From: a virus
Direction: 5' to 3' (one strand)
DNA length: 64,000 bases
IMG/VR virus record: IMGVR_UViG_3300025853_009406
Coordinates: 52,741-116,740 of that record
Shown here: piece after piece, positions 9,323 to 17,541 of the stretch
Layout of the letters: each line of letters opens with the position of its first letter
Numbering within the stretch: position 1 is the stretch's first letter
Position numbers and translations under genes: made by a program
Notes under the pieces: model-generated
Seen by the model: only the letters and a program-made list of their open reading frames with translations
What the model was told of the DNA's origin: nothing
Database searches by the model: none

Positions 9323-9393
9323 AGCGAAATACGGGATTCGAACCCGTGACACCAACTTGGAAGGATGGGATGTTACCACTACACCAATTTCGC
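9323..9393 (-). tRNA. tRNA-Gly (TCC)
   Basis: GCGAAATTGGTGTAGTGGTAACATCCCATCCTTCCAAGTTGGTGTCACGGGTTCGAATCCCGTATTTCGCT. Confidence 0.93.
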
Positions 9394-9460
9394 ATTTGAT
9401 GGAGTAAGTGTGATATATCTCATAAGGATATAACAGTGACTTACCCTCTATCACTTTTAT

Positions 9461-9489
9461 ATATTACACCAGTTCTTGGATATTGTCAA
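9461..9489 (-). promoter_or_regulatory. Sigma70-type promoter for tRNA-Gly/Ala
   Basis: TTGACA-N17-TAATAT. Confidence 0.65.
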
Positions 9490-9956
9490 GTCCAAAGGTT
9501 ATGGTCATATTCCCAGTGGCAATTTGGACATAATGGCATTATGTTTTCCTTTGAGTTTATAACACTAATCATAACTTCTTCACTAAAAGAAGATATTGGT
9601 TTTATGTGAGCAATTTCTATATGTTTATTATATCCACATTTAACACATTCGGTAAATCCAAGTTTTTTTCCAAATGCTCTTGCTCGTGTTCTTACCAAAG
9701 CAAATGCTGAGGACTTGTGATGTTTTTCATATATTGCTTCTTTAAGGGTCATATCTTTTACTTCTCTATCTTTTAACCATATCAAATAGTGTTCTTTACA
9801 ACGAGCACGATTTGCTGTTATTGCTTTTCCACAATCAATACATTTATGCTCTGGTTTTCTTTTAGGAACTTTTTTATTATTATAAGAAGCAGCACAACTT
9901 CTTCCACAAAATTTTGGATTTTTTGTTTCTACTTTACAAAACAAGCACTTATTCAT
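9486..9956 (-). CDS. Free-standing HNH homing endonuclease with N-terminal Zn fingers
   Basis: CLFC..FCGRSC and CIDC..CKEH, then CVKCG..IEIAHIKP...NSKENIMPLCPNCHWEYD (HNH core). Confidence 0.88.
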   Translation of the reverse strand: MNKCLFCKVETKNPKFCGRSCAASYNNKKVPKRKPEHKCIDCGKAITANRARCKEHYLIWLKDREVKDMTLKEAIYEKHHKSSAFALVRTRARAFGKKLGFTECVKCGYNKHIEIAHIKPISSFSEEVMISVINSKENIMPLCPNCHWEYDHNLWT

Positions 9957-9960
9957 AATG

Positions 9961-9999
9961 GAACCTTAAAGTTATTTTTATTTATAAACCTTAAGGTTC
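9961..9999 (-). promoter_or_regulatory. Late promoter TATAAATA inside a 13-bp hairpin covering the HNH RBS
   Basis: GAACCTTAAGGTT-TATAAATAAAAAT-AACTTTAAGGTTC-CATT-ATG. Confidence 0.75.
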
Positions 10000-10005
10000 A
10001 AAAAA

Positions 10006-10288
10006 CGTCTCAGGAGGGACTCGAACCCCCGACCAACTGCTTAGCTTACCACTACGGATTTCCCCGCCATTTCTGTTTGTGGTCTGGACTTTCTCTTTAC
10101 CATATCCTAAAAGGACTTAGGCACTTCCCGTCAAGTCTCTACACCTTCATCTTACGATGCTTGGCTCGGGATTATCATAGTCTTAAGACTTTAGAGTTCC
10201 CCGAATTTGAGAAGTTACATTTATAAAGTTTCCCTTATAAAGCTCCTTTGTTAAAGGCAGATGCTCTTTCCAACTGAGCTACTGAGAC
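10006..10288 (-). tRNA. tRNA-Arg (TCT) interrupted by a group I intron (exons 10254-10288 and 10006-10044)
   Basis: 5' exon GTCTCAGTAGCTCAGTTGGAAAGAGCATCTGCCTT and 3' exon CTAAGCAGTTGGTCGGGGGTTCGAGTCCCTCCTGAGACG join to give anticodon loop CT-TCT-AA. Confidence 0.92.
10045..10253 (-). ncRNA. Self-splicing group I intron (IC3 type), 209 nt, no ORF
   Basis: Follows exon U and ends in G; P1 CUU/GAG; P AAATTCGGGGAA, Q AATCCCGAGC, R GTAGAGACTTGACGG, S AAAGAGAAAGTCC; colinear with cyanobacterial tRNA-Leu(UAA) introns. Confidence 0.92.
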
Positions 10289-10374
10289 AAGAGACCTCCC
10301 TGTTTGTGCATCGTTGAGAGGCATGGGAGGGGTGAGACTTATACGAAGTGTGGACCTTCGCTGCTCATAAGACA

Positions 10375-10403
10375 ATCATACCAGTTAAAGATTTGATTGT
10401 CAA
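10375..10403 (-). promoter_or_regulatory. Sigma70-type promoter upstream of tRNA-Arg
   Basis: TTGACA-N17-TATGAT. Confidence 0.75.
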
Positions 10404-10470
10404 GTGTTTTGAGGTCTTACTGGATTTATGAAGTGGCCAGTTTCTACACTAGTTAAAACCTCATTTTTAT

Positions 10471-10656
10471 TTATTCATCGCCCAAAACAAGATATGTCAT
10501 TTCTTCTTGATCTGGAGGAATATTGATCCATTCATCAAACTCTTCTGCAATCGCTACTGCGTCAAACTGAGATTCAATATCACCTTCTGCAAGGTCATGG
10601 ATTCTATTGATTGACCATTCACGAATAAGTTTTACTGGTTCAATCGTCTTTTCCAT
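10471..10656 (-). CDS. Small acidic hypothetical protein
   Basis: MEKTIEPVKLIREWS...DAVAIAEEFDEWI; start moved to 10656. Confidence 0.65.
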   Translation of the reverse strand: MEKTIEPVKLIREWSINRIHDLAEGDIESQFDAVAIAEEFDEWINIPPDQEEMTYLVLGDE

Positions 10657-10882
10657 AATAATCTTTTCTGAAGTATCTGCTGAGGATGTTACTATTGTAG
10701 TATGCTGGTTCTCCTGTGTCAAGGGATTCGGTGAGGACGTTGTTCTGGAAGAGTTGTTTTGTTTCTTCAAAGTTTGTTTTGCCTTTTGTTTTGTGGAGGG
10801 AGAGGATAGTCCGTCTGAATATCCCCTTGCCATATTTTTCCACATCTTCTTTAAGTTCTGGGCAAGATCCATAATAGTTTTT
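10640..10882 (-). pseudogene. C-terminal fragment of the resident GIY-YIG (Seg-like) gene
   Basis: KNYYGSCPELKEDVEKYGKGIFRRTILSLH...EETKQLF...YYNSNI; continuation of the fragment at 11664-11819. Confidence 0.8.
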
Positions 10883-10894
10883 ATAGGTGTTATC

Positions 10895-10923
10895 ATCTTA
10901 AGATATTTATGGAATAAAGTCAA
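10895..10923 (-). promoter_or_regulatory. Outward-facing sigma70 promoter with nested late promoter at the insertion edge
   Basis: TTGACT-N17-TAAGAT with CATAAATA inside the spacer. Confidence 0.6.
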
Positions 10924-10966
10924 GAATATTTTCAGTATAAATATTTTTATGGTAGAAAATATTTTT
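10922..10966 (+). promoter_or_regulatory. Late promoter TATAAATA (10936-10943) inside a hairpin ending at the start codon
   Basis: AAGAATATTTTC...TATAAATA...GAAAATATTTTT-ATG. Confidence 0.65.
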
Positions 10967-11671
10967 ATGACTTGGAAGTATAACAGTGAAGATTTTATAG
11001 AGTCCCCAAAGGGGATAGAAGGATTTGTTTATCTAATAACAAACTTAACCAATGATAGAAAATATATTGGAAAGAAATCTTTTTGGACAAGAAGAAAAGA
11101 TAAAAAAACTGGTAGAAGAAAAACAAAAGAAAGTGATTGGAAAAATTATTTTGGTTCCTGCGATGAACTAAATGAAGATGTAAAACTTCTTGGTAAAGAT
11201 ATTTTTTTGAGGGAAATTCTTTATTTGTGCCCTCACAAAAAATCAATGTCTTACTATGAAACCATGGAACAATTCAAAAGAGATGTTCTAATGACTGATG
11301 ATTATTATAACACAAATATTGAAGGAAGATTTTTTGTTAGTGAAAGATCTGGAATATATGAAGTTGTTATGAAAAATGATAAGTTTTGTGATATGAGAAG
11401 TGAGAAAATGAAAGACAAATCATATAACCCAATGTATAAACCAGAAGTTCGTGAAAAATTTAGTAAGATGTATTCGGGTGAAGGGAATCCAATGTATGGA
11501 AGAAAACTCACAGAAGAACATAAAAAAACACTTACTACATCAAGAAATGTTAGAGTAAGTGATGGAGAAAATGTTTGGGAAAGTGTTACTTCATATATGA
11601 AAGATAAAAAAATTGGGTTTAAAAAATATAAAGCACAATTACAAGAGGGATTAATTTTTATCGTTAACTAA
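10967..11671 (+). CDS. GIY-YIG homing endonuclease with C-terminal NUMOD3 DNA-binding motif
   Basis: GFVYLITNLTNDRKYIGKK, YYNTN, GEGNPMYGRKLTEEHKK. Start at 10967 (or 10949); the ORF-track N-terminal extension is antisense shadow. Confidence 0.9.
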   Translation: MTWKYNSEDFIESPKGIEGFVYLITNLTNDRKYIGKKSFWTRRKDKKTGRRKTKESDWKNYFGSCDELNEDVKLLGKDIFLREILYLCPHKKSMSYYETMEQFKRDVLMTDDYYNTNIEGRFFVSERSGIYEVVMKNDKFCDMRSEKMKDKSYNPMYKPEVREKFSKMYSGEGNPMYGRKLTEEHKKTLTTSRNVRVSDGENVWESVTSYMKDKKIGFKKYKAQLQEGLIFIVN

Positions 11672-11819
11672 TTCTATTATATTTTCTCCCAACGTATTGT
11701 CGTTGGTTGGAGAGATTGGTAATGTTATAAACAAAACCAAAGTAGTCCCCAATATCATCGCTATTAAAAGCTCGTTCCATGTAAATCCAAGGATTTTCAT
11801 AATCAATATCGATATTCAT
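11664..11819 (-). pseudogene. N-terminal fragment of the resident GIY-YIG gene
   Basis: MNIDIDYENPWIYMERAFNSDDIGDYFGFVYNITNLSNQRQYVGRKY, then a premature stop 4 codons into the insertion. Confidence 0.82.
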
Positions 11820-11964
11820 CAAGTATATCAAGAACTTTGTTTAAGTATTTATGAGCAAGATCTCTCTCACCCTTCAATACTGATGAAGGTTCTTGATCTA
11901 CCTGAGTCTTTAATTTTAGCACACGAACCTTGAGTTCGTCTTTCTTTACTCCATTGCTTGGCAT
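11803..11964 (-). CDS. Small hypothetical protein (53 aa)
   Basis: Manual translation MPSNGVKKDELKVRVLKLK...AHKYLNKVLDILDEYRY. Confidence 0.6.
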   Translation of the reverse strand: MPSNGVKKDELKVRVLKLKTQVDQEPSSVLKGERDLAHKYLNKVLDILDEYRY

Positions 11965-11987
11965 AAAAAATGTTGTATCTTCACTAT

Positions 11988-12206
11988 CTATGTTGTTATT
12001 CCAGTAAACTCATCAAGCACATCATGATTTCCAAACATAAAGTCATCATATTCTGCTGCTCGTTTATAAGCATCTAAACAAAGTTTAACTTCATCCTTGC
12101 TTGGTTTAGGAGGAGTCAATGGTTCGATTGAATCCATAAACTCCCACTCTTCTTTATATTTTTCTATACTATAGCTTGAATCCTGAGAATGTGTTGGACT
12201 GGACAT
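11988..12206 (-). CDS. Hypothetical protein
   Basis: ORF after nrdB; start uncertain. Confidence 0.5.
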   Translation of the reverse strand: MSSPTHSQDSSYSIEKYKEEWEFMDSIEPLTPPKPSKDEVKLCLDAYKRAAEYDDFMFGNHDVLDEFTGITT

Positions 12207-13350
12207 CTTGTTTAATTCCTCCTACTAAGTAAGATTCTGATTCAGTCTCCTGAGGAGCAACTTGAAGACCTTTGGAAGAAATCCAATGCTGCGTCCATGG
12301 GAGTGGATTATTATTCGCAGAAATATCATACTGAGGTTTTAACCCGATTGCTTTTAATCTCCTATTGGCAATCCATTCTACATACTGTTTTAGCAGTTTG
12401 TCGTTCAAACCAATCATAGATCCATCTTTGAACAAATAATCTGCCCACTTCTTTTCTTCATTTACGGCAAGATCAAATGCCTTATAAGTCCACTCTTGTT
12501 CTTCATCTATGATCTTTTTCATTTCAGGATCATCACCAGATTTCCATTTGTTCAAAATGTTTTGAGTAATTGCAAGATGCTGATTTTCGTCTCTGGCGAT
12601 GAGAGAGATAATCTTAGCGGATCCTTCCATAAGTTTGAGTTCTCCAAATGCAAACGAGCAAGCGAAGGAGACATAGAACCTAATACCTTCAAGAATATTG
12701 ACATTTGCAACTGCTCTGTACAGTTTTCGTTTGACATCATTGATCTCCCATTTAGAACTTGGTGAAGATCTGAAGTCTTCTTTCCACATATTGCCAGTGC
12801 CCCACATTTGAGCACTACGAATAAAGTCATCATATGCTTCTGTAACGCTTCTAGAACGCTCTAGAATACGCTCGTCAGTGACAATCTTATCAAATACTTC
12901 AGATGGGTCTGAATAAACGTTTTTAATGATGTATGTATAAGAGCGACTATGGATCATTTCCATGAATCCCCACACTTCTATACATGCCTCAAGTTCAGGG
13001 AGTGAGCAATATGGAAGGAATGCCATATTAGGTCCACGACCCTGAATAGAATCAAGCATGATCTGATACTTCAAGTTAGAAGTATAGATGTGTTTCTGTT
13101 CTGGTTCTAGTGTTTGATAATCTCCACGATCTTTTTGTAGTGAGACTTCCTCTGGTCTCCAAAAATATCCAAGTTGTTGAGTAGTAAGTTTATCAAAGAT
13201 TGGATATTTGTAAGAATCATATCTTTGTGGACCTAAAGGTTTACCAAAGAACATTGGTTGCTTTTTAGTGTTCACTTGTTCAGTATTAAATACTGTCATA
13301 CCTTCAATCGTATTAATCTGTTCTTTGGTTGTCAGAAAGTCGTATTGCAT
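12169..13350 (-). CDS. nrdB: Class Ia ribonucleotide reductase beta subunit
   Basis: FWRPEEV, EMIHSRSY, LEGIRFYVSFA, RDENQH, VAPQETE. Confidence 0.98.
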   Translation of the reverse strand: MQYDFLTTKEQINTIEGMTVFNTEQVNTKKQPMFFGKPLGPQRYDSYKYPIFDKLTTQQLGYFWRPEEVSLQKDRGDYQTLEPEQKHIYTSNLKYQIMLDSIQGRGPNMAFLPYCSLPELEACIEVWGFMEMIHSRSYTYIIKNVYSDPSEVFDKIVTDERILERSRSVTEAYDDFIRSAQMWGTGNMWKEDFRSSPSSKWEINDVKRKLYRAVANVNILEGIRFYVSFACSFAFGELKLMEGSAKIISLIARDENQHLAITQNILNKWKSGDDPEMKKIIDEEQEWTYKAFDLAVNEEKKWADYLFKDGSMIGLNDKLLKQYVEWIANRRLKAIGLKPQYDISANNNPLPWTQHWISSKGLQVAPQETESESYLVGGIKQDVQSNTFSGFKL

Positions 13351-13377
13351 TCGTTGCCTCGTTAAAATATAAAGTCG

Positions 13378-15675
13378 TTAGATTTTGCAGGATTCACAAT
13401 CCTCTTGTTCATACTCTTCTATTTGATTTAGTAAATCTTGAAGTTCTGATTTTTCTTCATCAACTTCATCACTCTTACTATCGTAAGTATTTTGATAATA
13501 AGATGTCTTCCAACCGTACTTGTATGTGGTTAGTAAGTCTTTTGCCATTTCCGAAACAGGCACTTCTTTGTTTGGATAGTTTTCTGGATTATAAGACCAG
13601 TTTCCACTGATTGCCTGATCAAAGAACTTTTGAATGACTGAAATGCACTTGATGTATCCGTCATTATTTTCCATATCCCATAGAAGAGTATAGTTATTCT
13701 TCAGTGTAGAATAGGATGGAACAATCTGCTTAAGAGGCCCTTGTTTTGACTTTTTAATGGACAAGTATCCTCTAGGAGGTTCGATTCCATTGGTAGCGTT
13801 TGACACAACGGAACTGCTTTCTGAAGGCATTTGTGCGGACAATGTTGAGTGCCTAAGACCGTGATCCAAGATGGATGCCCTAAGCTTCTCCCAATCACGT
13901 TCTAACTCCTGGTTGCTAATCTCGTCTACATCTTTCTTATATGTATCAATCGGAAGAATTCCATCTGCATACTTTGTACGACCAAAGTTTTCGCACCAAC
14001 CCTTTTCCTTTGCAAGTTGATTAGAAGATTTCAAGAGATAAAACTGAAATGATTCTGAGAGACCATGAATTGCATCCCATGCTTCCTGAGAGTCATATTT
14101 AAACCCTAGTTTAGCAAGGTAATGTGCTAGACCAATAAAACCAATTCCAAGGGATCTACGTGCCCTTGTAGCGCGTTCTGCTGCCTTCACAGGATACTCC
14201 TGGTAGTCAATCAGTTCTTCGAGTCCACGGACGGAAAGATCACACAACTCTTCAAGTTCAGAATCCGATTTAATCTTACCAACATTAATAGCAGAAAGAA
14301 TACACAGAGCAATCTCACCAAACTCATCATCAATATGAATGATAGGATCTGTTGGGAGTGTAATCTCTTGGCAGAGGTTAGACATGTTAACCTTGTCTTT
14401 AAAAGATGAGTGTGTATTGGAATGGTCGATATTCATAATGTAGATACGACCAGTCTCTGCCCTCTCCTTCAGAAGGTTTAGAATGAGTTCTTGAGCACCG
14501 ATAGTTTTTCTTGGAATAGACTGATCTGATTCATAATCATTGTATAGTGCATCAAATCTATCAGTACCAAAAGCATCATACAGAACAGGAACGTCGTGCG
14601 GACTGAAGAGGGAGATGTCTTGGTTGTTGATGAAACGCTCATAGAACAGCTTGCTGATTTGAATGGAGTAATCTAGTTTACGAACTCGGTTATCTTCTGT
14701 GCCTTTGTTGTTCTTAAGGACTAGAATGTCTTCGATTTCTTGGTGCCAGATTGGGAAGTGGACAGTCGCTGATCCACCTCTGATGCCATTCTGAGTGCAG
14801 CATCTGACAGTTGCTTCAAACTTTTTGAGGAAAGGGACAACGCCTGTGTGCTGAACTTCTCCGCCTCTGATTTTGCTGTTGATGCCACGGATGCGACCTG
14901 CGTTGATACCGATGCCCGCCCTTTGTGCAACGTATCTGCCAATAGCCATATCAGAGCTAAAGATAGAATCGAGGGTGTCATCAACATCAACAAGAACACA
15001 GCTAGCAAATTGTCGAAGTGGAGTTCGCACTCCCGCCATGATAGGTGTGGGAATGTTGATTTTGTGTTTGGAGATGGCATCGTAGTAATCCTTAACGTAT
15101 TTGAGACGTGTCTCTTTAGGATACTTGGAGAAGATGGTTGCCGCAATCAGAAGATACATGAACTGTGGCGTTTCGTAAAGAGAACCACTACTCCTATCTT
15201 GTACAAGATATTTATCTACAACTTGCCGTAATCCAGCATATGTAAACAAATAGTCACGACTATGATCAATCATTGATTGAAGTTTATCAAACTCTTCATT
15301 AGTATAAAGATCCGCAATTTCTGCATCATAAACTCCTTTTTTGATGCATTCATCTACATGTTGTTTTACAGTCGGAACCTCATGCATACGTCCATACAGT
15401 TGCTTTCGAGTGGCAAACAAAAGCAGACGTGCCGCAACAAACTGATAGTTGGGGTGATCGAGGTCAATTAGGTCACTTGCAGAACGAATCAGGATCTCCT
15501 GAATCTCTGCTGTAGTAATACCATCATAAAATTGAATACCAGATTGCATTTCAACCTGAGAAGCAGAAACTCCTGCCAGATCTTTACATGCTTCCTCCAC
15601 CATTACGTGAAGTTTATTTAAATCAAGAGGTTCAGTTTTTCCATTTCTTTTGACGACCTTTGTACCGTTACTCAT
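13378..15675 (-). CDS. nrdA: Class Ia ribonucleotide reductase alpha subunit
   Basis: ATP cone VVKRNG, FASCVL, SNLCQEI, KTSYY, C-terminal CESC. Confidence 0.98.
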   Translation of the reverse strand: MSNGTKVVKRNGKTEPLDLNKLHVMVEEACKDLAGVSASQVEMQSGIQFYDGITTAEIQEILIRSASDLIDLDHPNYQFVAARLLLFATRKQLYGRMHEVPTVKQHVDECIKKGVYDAEIADLYTNEEFDKLQSMIDHSRDYLFTYAGLRQVVDKYLVQDRSSGSLYETPQFMYLLIAATIFSKYPKETRLKYVKDYYDAISKHKINIPTPIMAGVRTPLRQFASCVLVDVDDTLDSIFSSDMAIGRYVAQRAGIGINAGRIRGINSKIRGGEVQHTGVVPFLKKFEATVRCCTQNGIRGGSATVHFPIWHQEIEDILVLKNNKGTEDNRVRKLDYSIQISKLFYERFINNQDISLFSPHDVPVLYDAFGTDRFDALYNDYESDQSIPRKTIGAQELILNLLKERAETGRIYIMNIDHSNTHSSFKDKVNMSNLCQEITLPTDPIIHIDDEFGEIALCILSAINVGKIKSDSELEELCDLSVRGLEELIDYQEYPVKAAERATRARRSLGIGFIGLAHYLAKLGFKYDSQEAWDAIHGLSESFQFYLLKSSNQLAKEKGWCENFGRTKYADGILPIDTYKKDVDEISNQELERDWEKLRASILDHGLRHSTLSAQMPSESSSVVSNATNGIEPPRGYLSIKKSKQGPLKQIVPSYSTLKNNYTLLWDMENNDGYIKCISVIQKFFDQAISGNWSYNPENYPNKEVPVSEMAKDLLTTYKYGWKTSYYQNTYDSKSDEVDEEKSELQDLLNQIEEYEQEDCESCKI

Positions 15676-16643
15676 ATCTTTTTCCAATTGTTAAATTTAA
15701 TCTTTGCTTGTAAACCAGAATAGGTATTTAATTTTAACATAGACATAACATCATGTCCAGAAAGAACCATATCATTGATATCTTTTTCTATGATGTTGGT
15801 TGGCCAGATGACGACTTTTTGATTTCTTTCGATACATCGTTCAATCCTTCCAACAATTTCTCGATTCCTGGGCTCGTTATCATAAACAAAAATGAGATCG
15901 CTTCCCTCAAGATAACCCAGGTCACCATCACTACCACACAAAGCCACGCTATTGTTGACGAAAGTGCTGTCAAAGGGTCCTTCGACCACATAGACAGGTA
16001 ATTTTGTATTGATTGTGTCAAGTCCATATATCTTTGGTGCATTATCCGTAAGCATAATGGTGATATATTTATTGGGTGATTTATCTAGTGCTCTGCCCTG
16101 AAATCCCAATAAGTTCTTTTGCTCATCATAGAGAGGAATAATGATTCGACTATTGTCATAGTTGACATTATCGAAAGTTTGTTTCTGAGAATTTGTCCAC
16201 TTTTTAAACTTTGGGGCGAAATAAAACTTATCTGGATTAAGTTTACGATTCTCCAAATATTCTTTTGCGGCAGGAATCTCAGATGCTTTTGGTAGATCAA
16301 TAGATTGCTTAAATAATGGTTTTTTAAATTCAAACTTCGGTTCTTCTACAACAAAGTTTTTGCCAGTATGTCCCTCTTTAAATTTCTCAATTGTATATTG
16401 CTTATGAAGTGTTGTATCTAACTGCTTCAAAAAATTATTCAAAGACATGCTAGCACCACAGTTATGGCACTTAAAGTTACTGTTATTCTTTACCTGATAA
16501 ATGTAACCACGTGTCTTATTTTTATTTTTTTGAGAATCACCACAGATTGGGCAACGAAAATTGAAAAGATTGTTTTTTACTTTCTTAAATTTCTGAAGAC
16601 GGGTAGAAATTAGACTAATATATTTACTGTCAATAAGGTCCAT
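15672..16643 (-). CDS. gp61: DNA primase (T4 gp61-like)
   Basis: FRCPICGDS...CHNC Zn finger; VVEGPFDS and YDNEPRN TOPRIM motifs. Confidence 0.96.
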   Translation of the reverse strand: MDLIDSKYISLISTRLQKFKKVKNNLFNFRCPICGDSQKNKNKTRGYIYQVKNNSNFKCHNCGASMSLNNFLKQLDTTLHKQYTIEKFKEGHTGKNFVVEEPKFEFKKPLFKQSIDLPKASEIPAAKEYLENRKLNPDKFYFAPKFKKWTNSQKQTFDNVNYDNSRIIIPLYDEQKNLLGFQGRALDKSPNKYITIMLTDNAPKIYGLDTINTKLPVYVVEGPFDSTFVNNSVALCGSDGDLGYLEGSDLIFVYDNEPRNREIVGRIERCIERNQKVVIWPTNIIEKDINDMVLSGHDVMSMLKLNTYSGLQAKIKFNNWKKI

Positions 16644-17116
16644 TATTCACCGATTTCGTGGATTACTGGTTGTTCGTGAACAAGAACACGATATAGTTCA
16701 GGGTTATTTCCAGCACTTACAGGAATAAACTCTGTATCTGGATTAAACTCTGAGTCACGAACTGCCTGATTGATTACAATAGAACCATCTGGACCCGAAA
16801 TACTACGATGATATGTTCCGATAGGAACTACTAGTGCCCCACTCTTACGATTCATGTGAACAATGTGATAAGGAAACTTCCAATCAAAGTTCACAAGTTC
16901 AAACGTTCTTTCACCTGAGAGGACACGATTATGGTCCACTTGATGATGGTGGATGTAGAACTGTTTTGCACCGATGACATCGTCTGGTGGTGAAACTGCT
17001 GGTCCTTCGTGTACCACAAGATCAGATGCGTTTGAATCATCTACCGAAATATCATAAAAAACAACATCGGGGGTCTCACGAAACACCCGATGCTTACGAA
17101 ACTGAACCGAACTCAT
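16643..17116 (-). CDS. Cupin-fold conserved cyanophage protein
   Basis: FYIHHHQVDHNRVLSG, LVVPIGTYHRS. Confidence 0.6.
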   Translation of the reverse strand: MSSVQFRKHRVFRETPDVVFYDISVDDSNASDLVVHEGPAVSPPDDVIGAKQFYIHHHQVDHNRVLSGERTFELVNFDWKFPYHIVHMNRKSGALVVPIGTYHRSISGPDGSIVINQAVRDSEFNPDTEFIPVSAGNNPELYRVLVHEQPVIHEIGE

Positions 17117-17124
17117 TCGGAAAC

Positions 17125-17541
17125 CTACTTTGCTCCGTCAATTATAACCTGAGGTGGTTGACTTGTCAACAAAGATGGTATGAGATGACTTCCAGCAGTA
17201 ATGAGAGATACTGAAAGAATCAAAACTCCACCAAGTTGCCATCTAAATTTTAATAAACCTTTTATTTCTAATTGAACTTTATCAATTCTTTCATGCAATA
17301 CAGCGTGTGTCTTTTCTTCAGTCAACTTCATTTCATCAATCATTTTTATGATGATGCCATCAGTTTTAATACTTTGATCAATTCTCTCATCATGTTTTGT
17401 TAATATCTGTGCTATACGATTATTACCTTCCGAAATTTTATCTACAGCTGCTTCCAACTTCGCAAGCATCTCTCTAGAGAGATCTTCGTACATGTCTAAT
17501 TTAGATTCTAAGACTGCTATTTTGGGATTTTGACCAAACAT
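17125..17541 (-). CDS. Coiled-coil protein with C-terminal TM segment
   Basis: Heptad-rich sequence ending KFRWQLGGVLILSVSLI. Confidence 0.65.
   Translation of the reverse strand: MFGQNPKIAVLESKLDMYEDLSREMLAKLEAAVDKISEGNNRIAQILTKHDERIDQSIKTDGIIIKMIDEMKLTEEKTHAVLHERIDKVQLEIKGLLKFRWQLGGVLILSVSLITAGSHLIPSLLTSQPPQVIIDGAK

Noticed and set aside
9789-10226. 145-aa plus-strand ORF across the intron
   Set aside because: Antisense to the HNH gene, tRNA exon and intron; no protein motifs
10657-10923. N-terminal extension of the 150-aa minus-strand ORF
   Set aside because: It overlaps the GIY-YIG C-terminal fragment in another frame and is low-complexity; the real start is probably 10656, though a new fusion from ATG 10896 cannot be excluded
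10607-10948. N-terminal ~115 aa of the 354-aa plus-strand ORF
   Set aside because: It is the antisense shadow of the resident gene fragment and lies upstream of the late promoter; GIY-YIG similarity starts at 10967
10883-11678. Insertion as an intron, intein or IS element
   Set aside because: The ORF is antisense to the host gene; no group I/II core, terminal repeats or target duplication were seen, and host codons are missing
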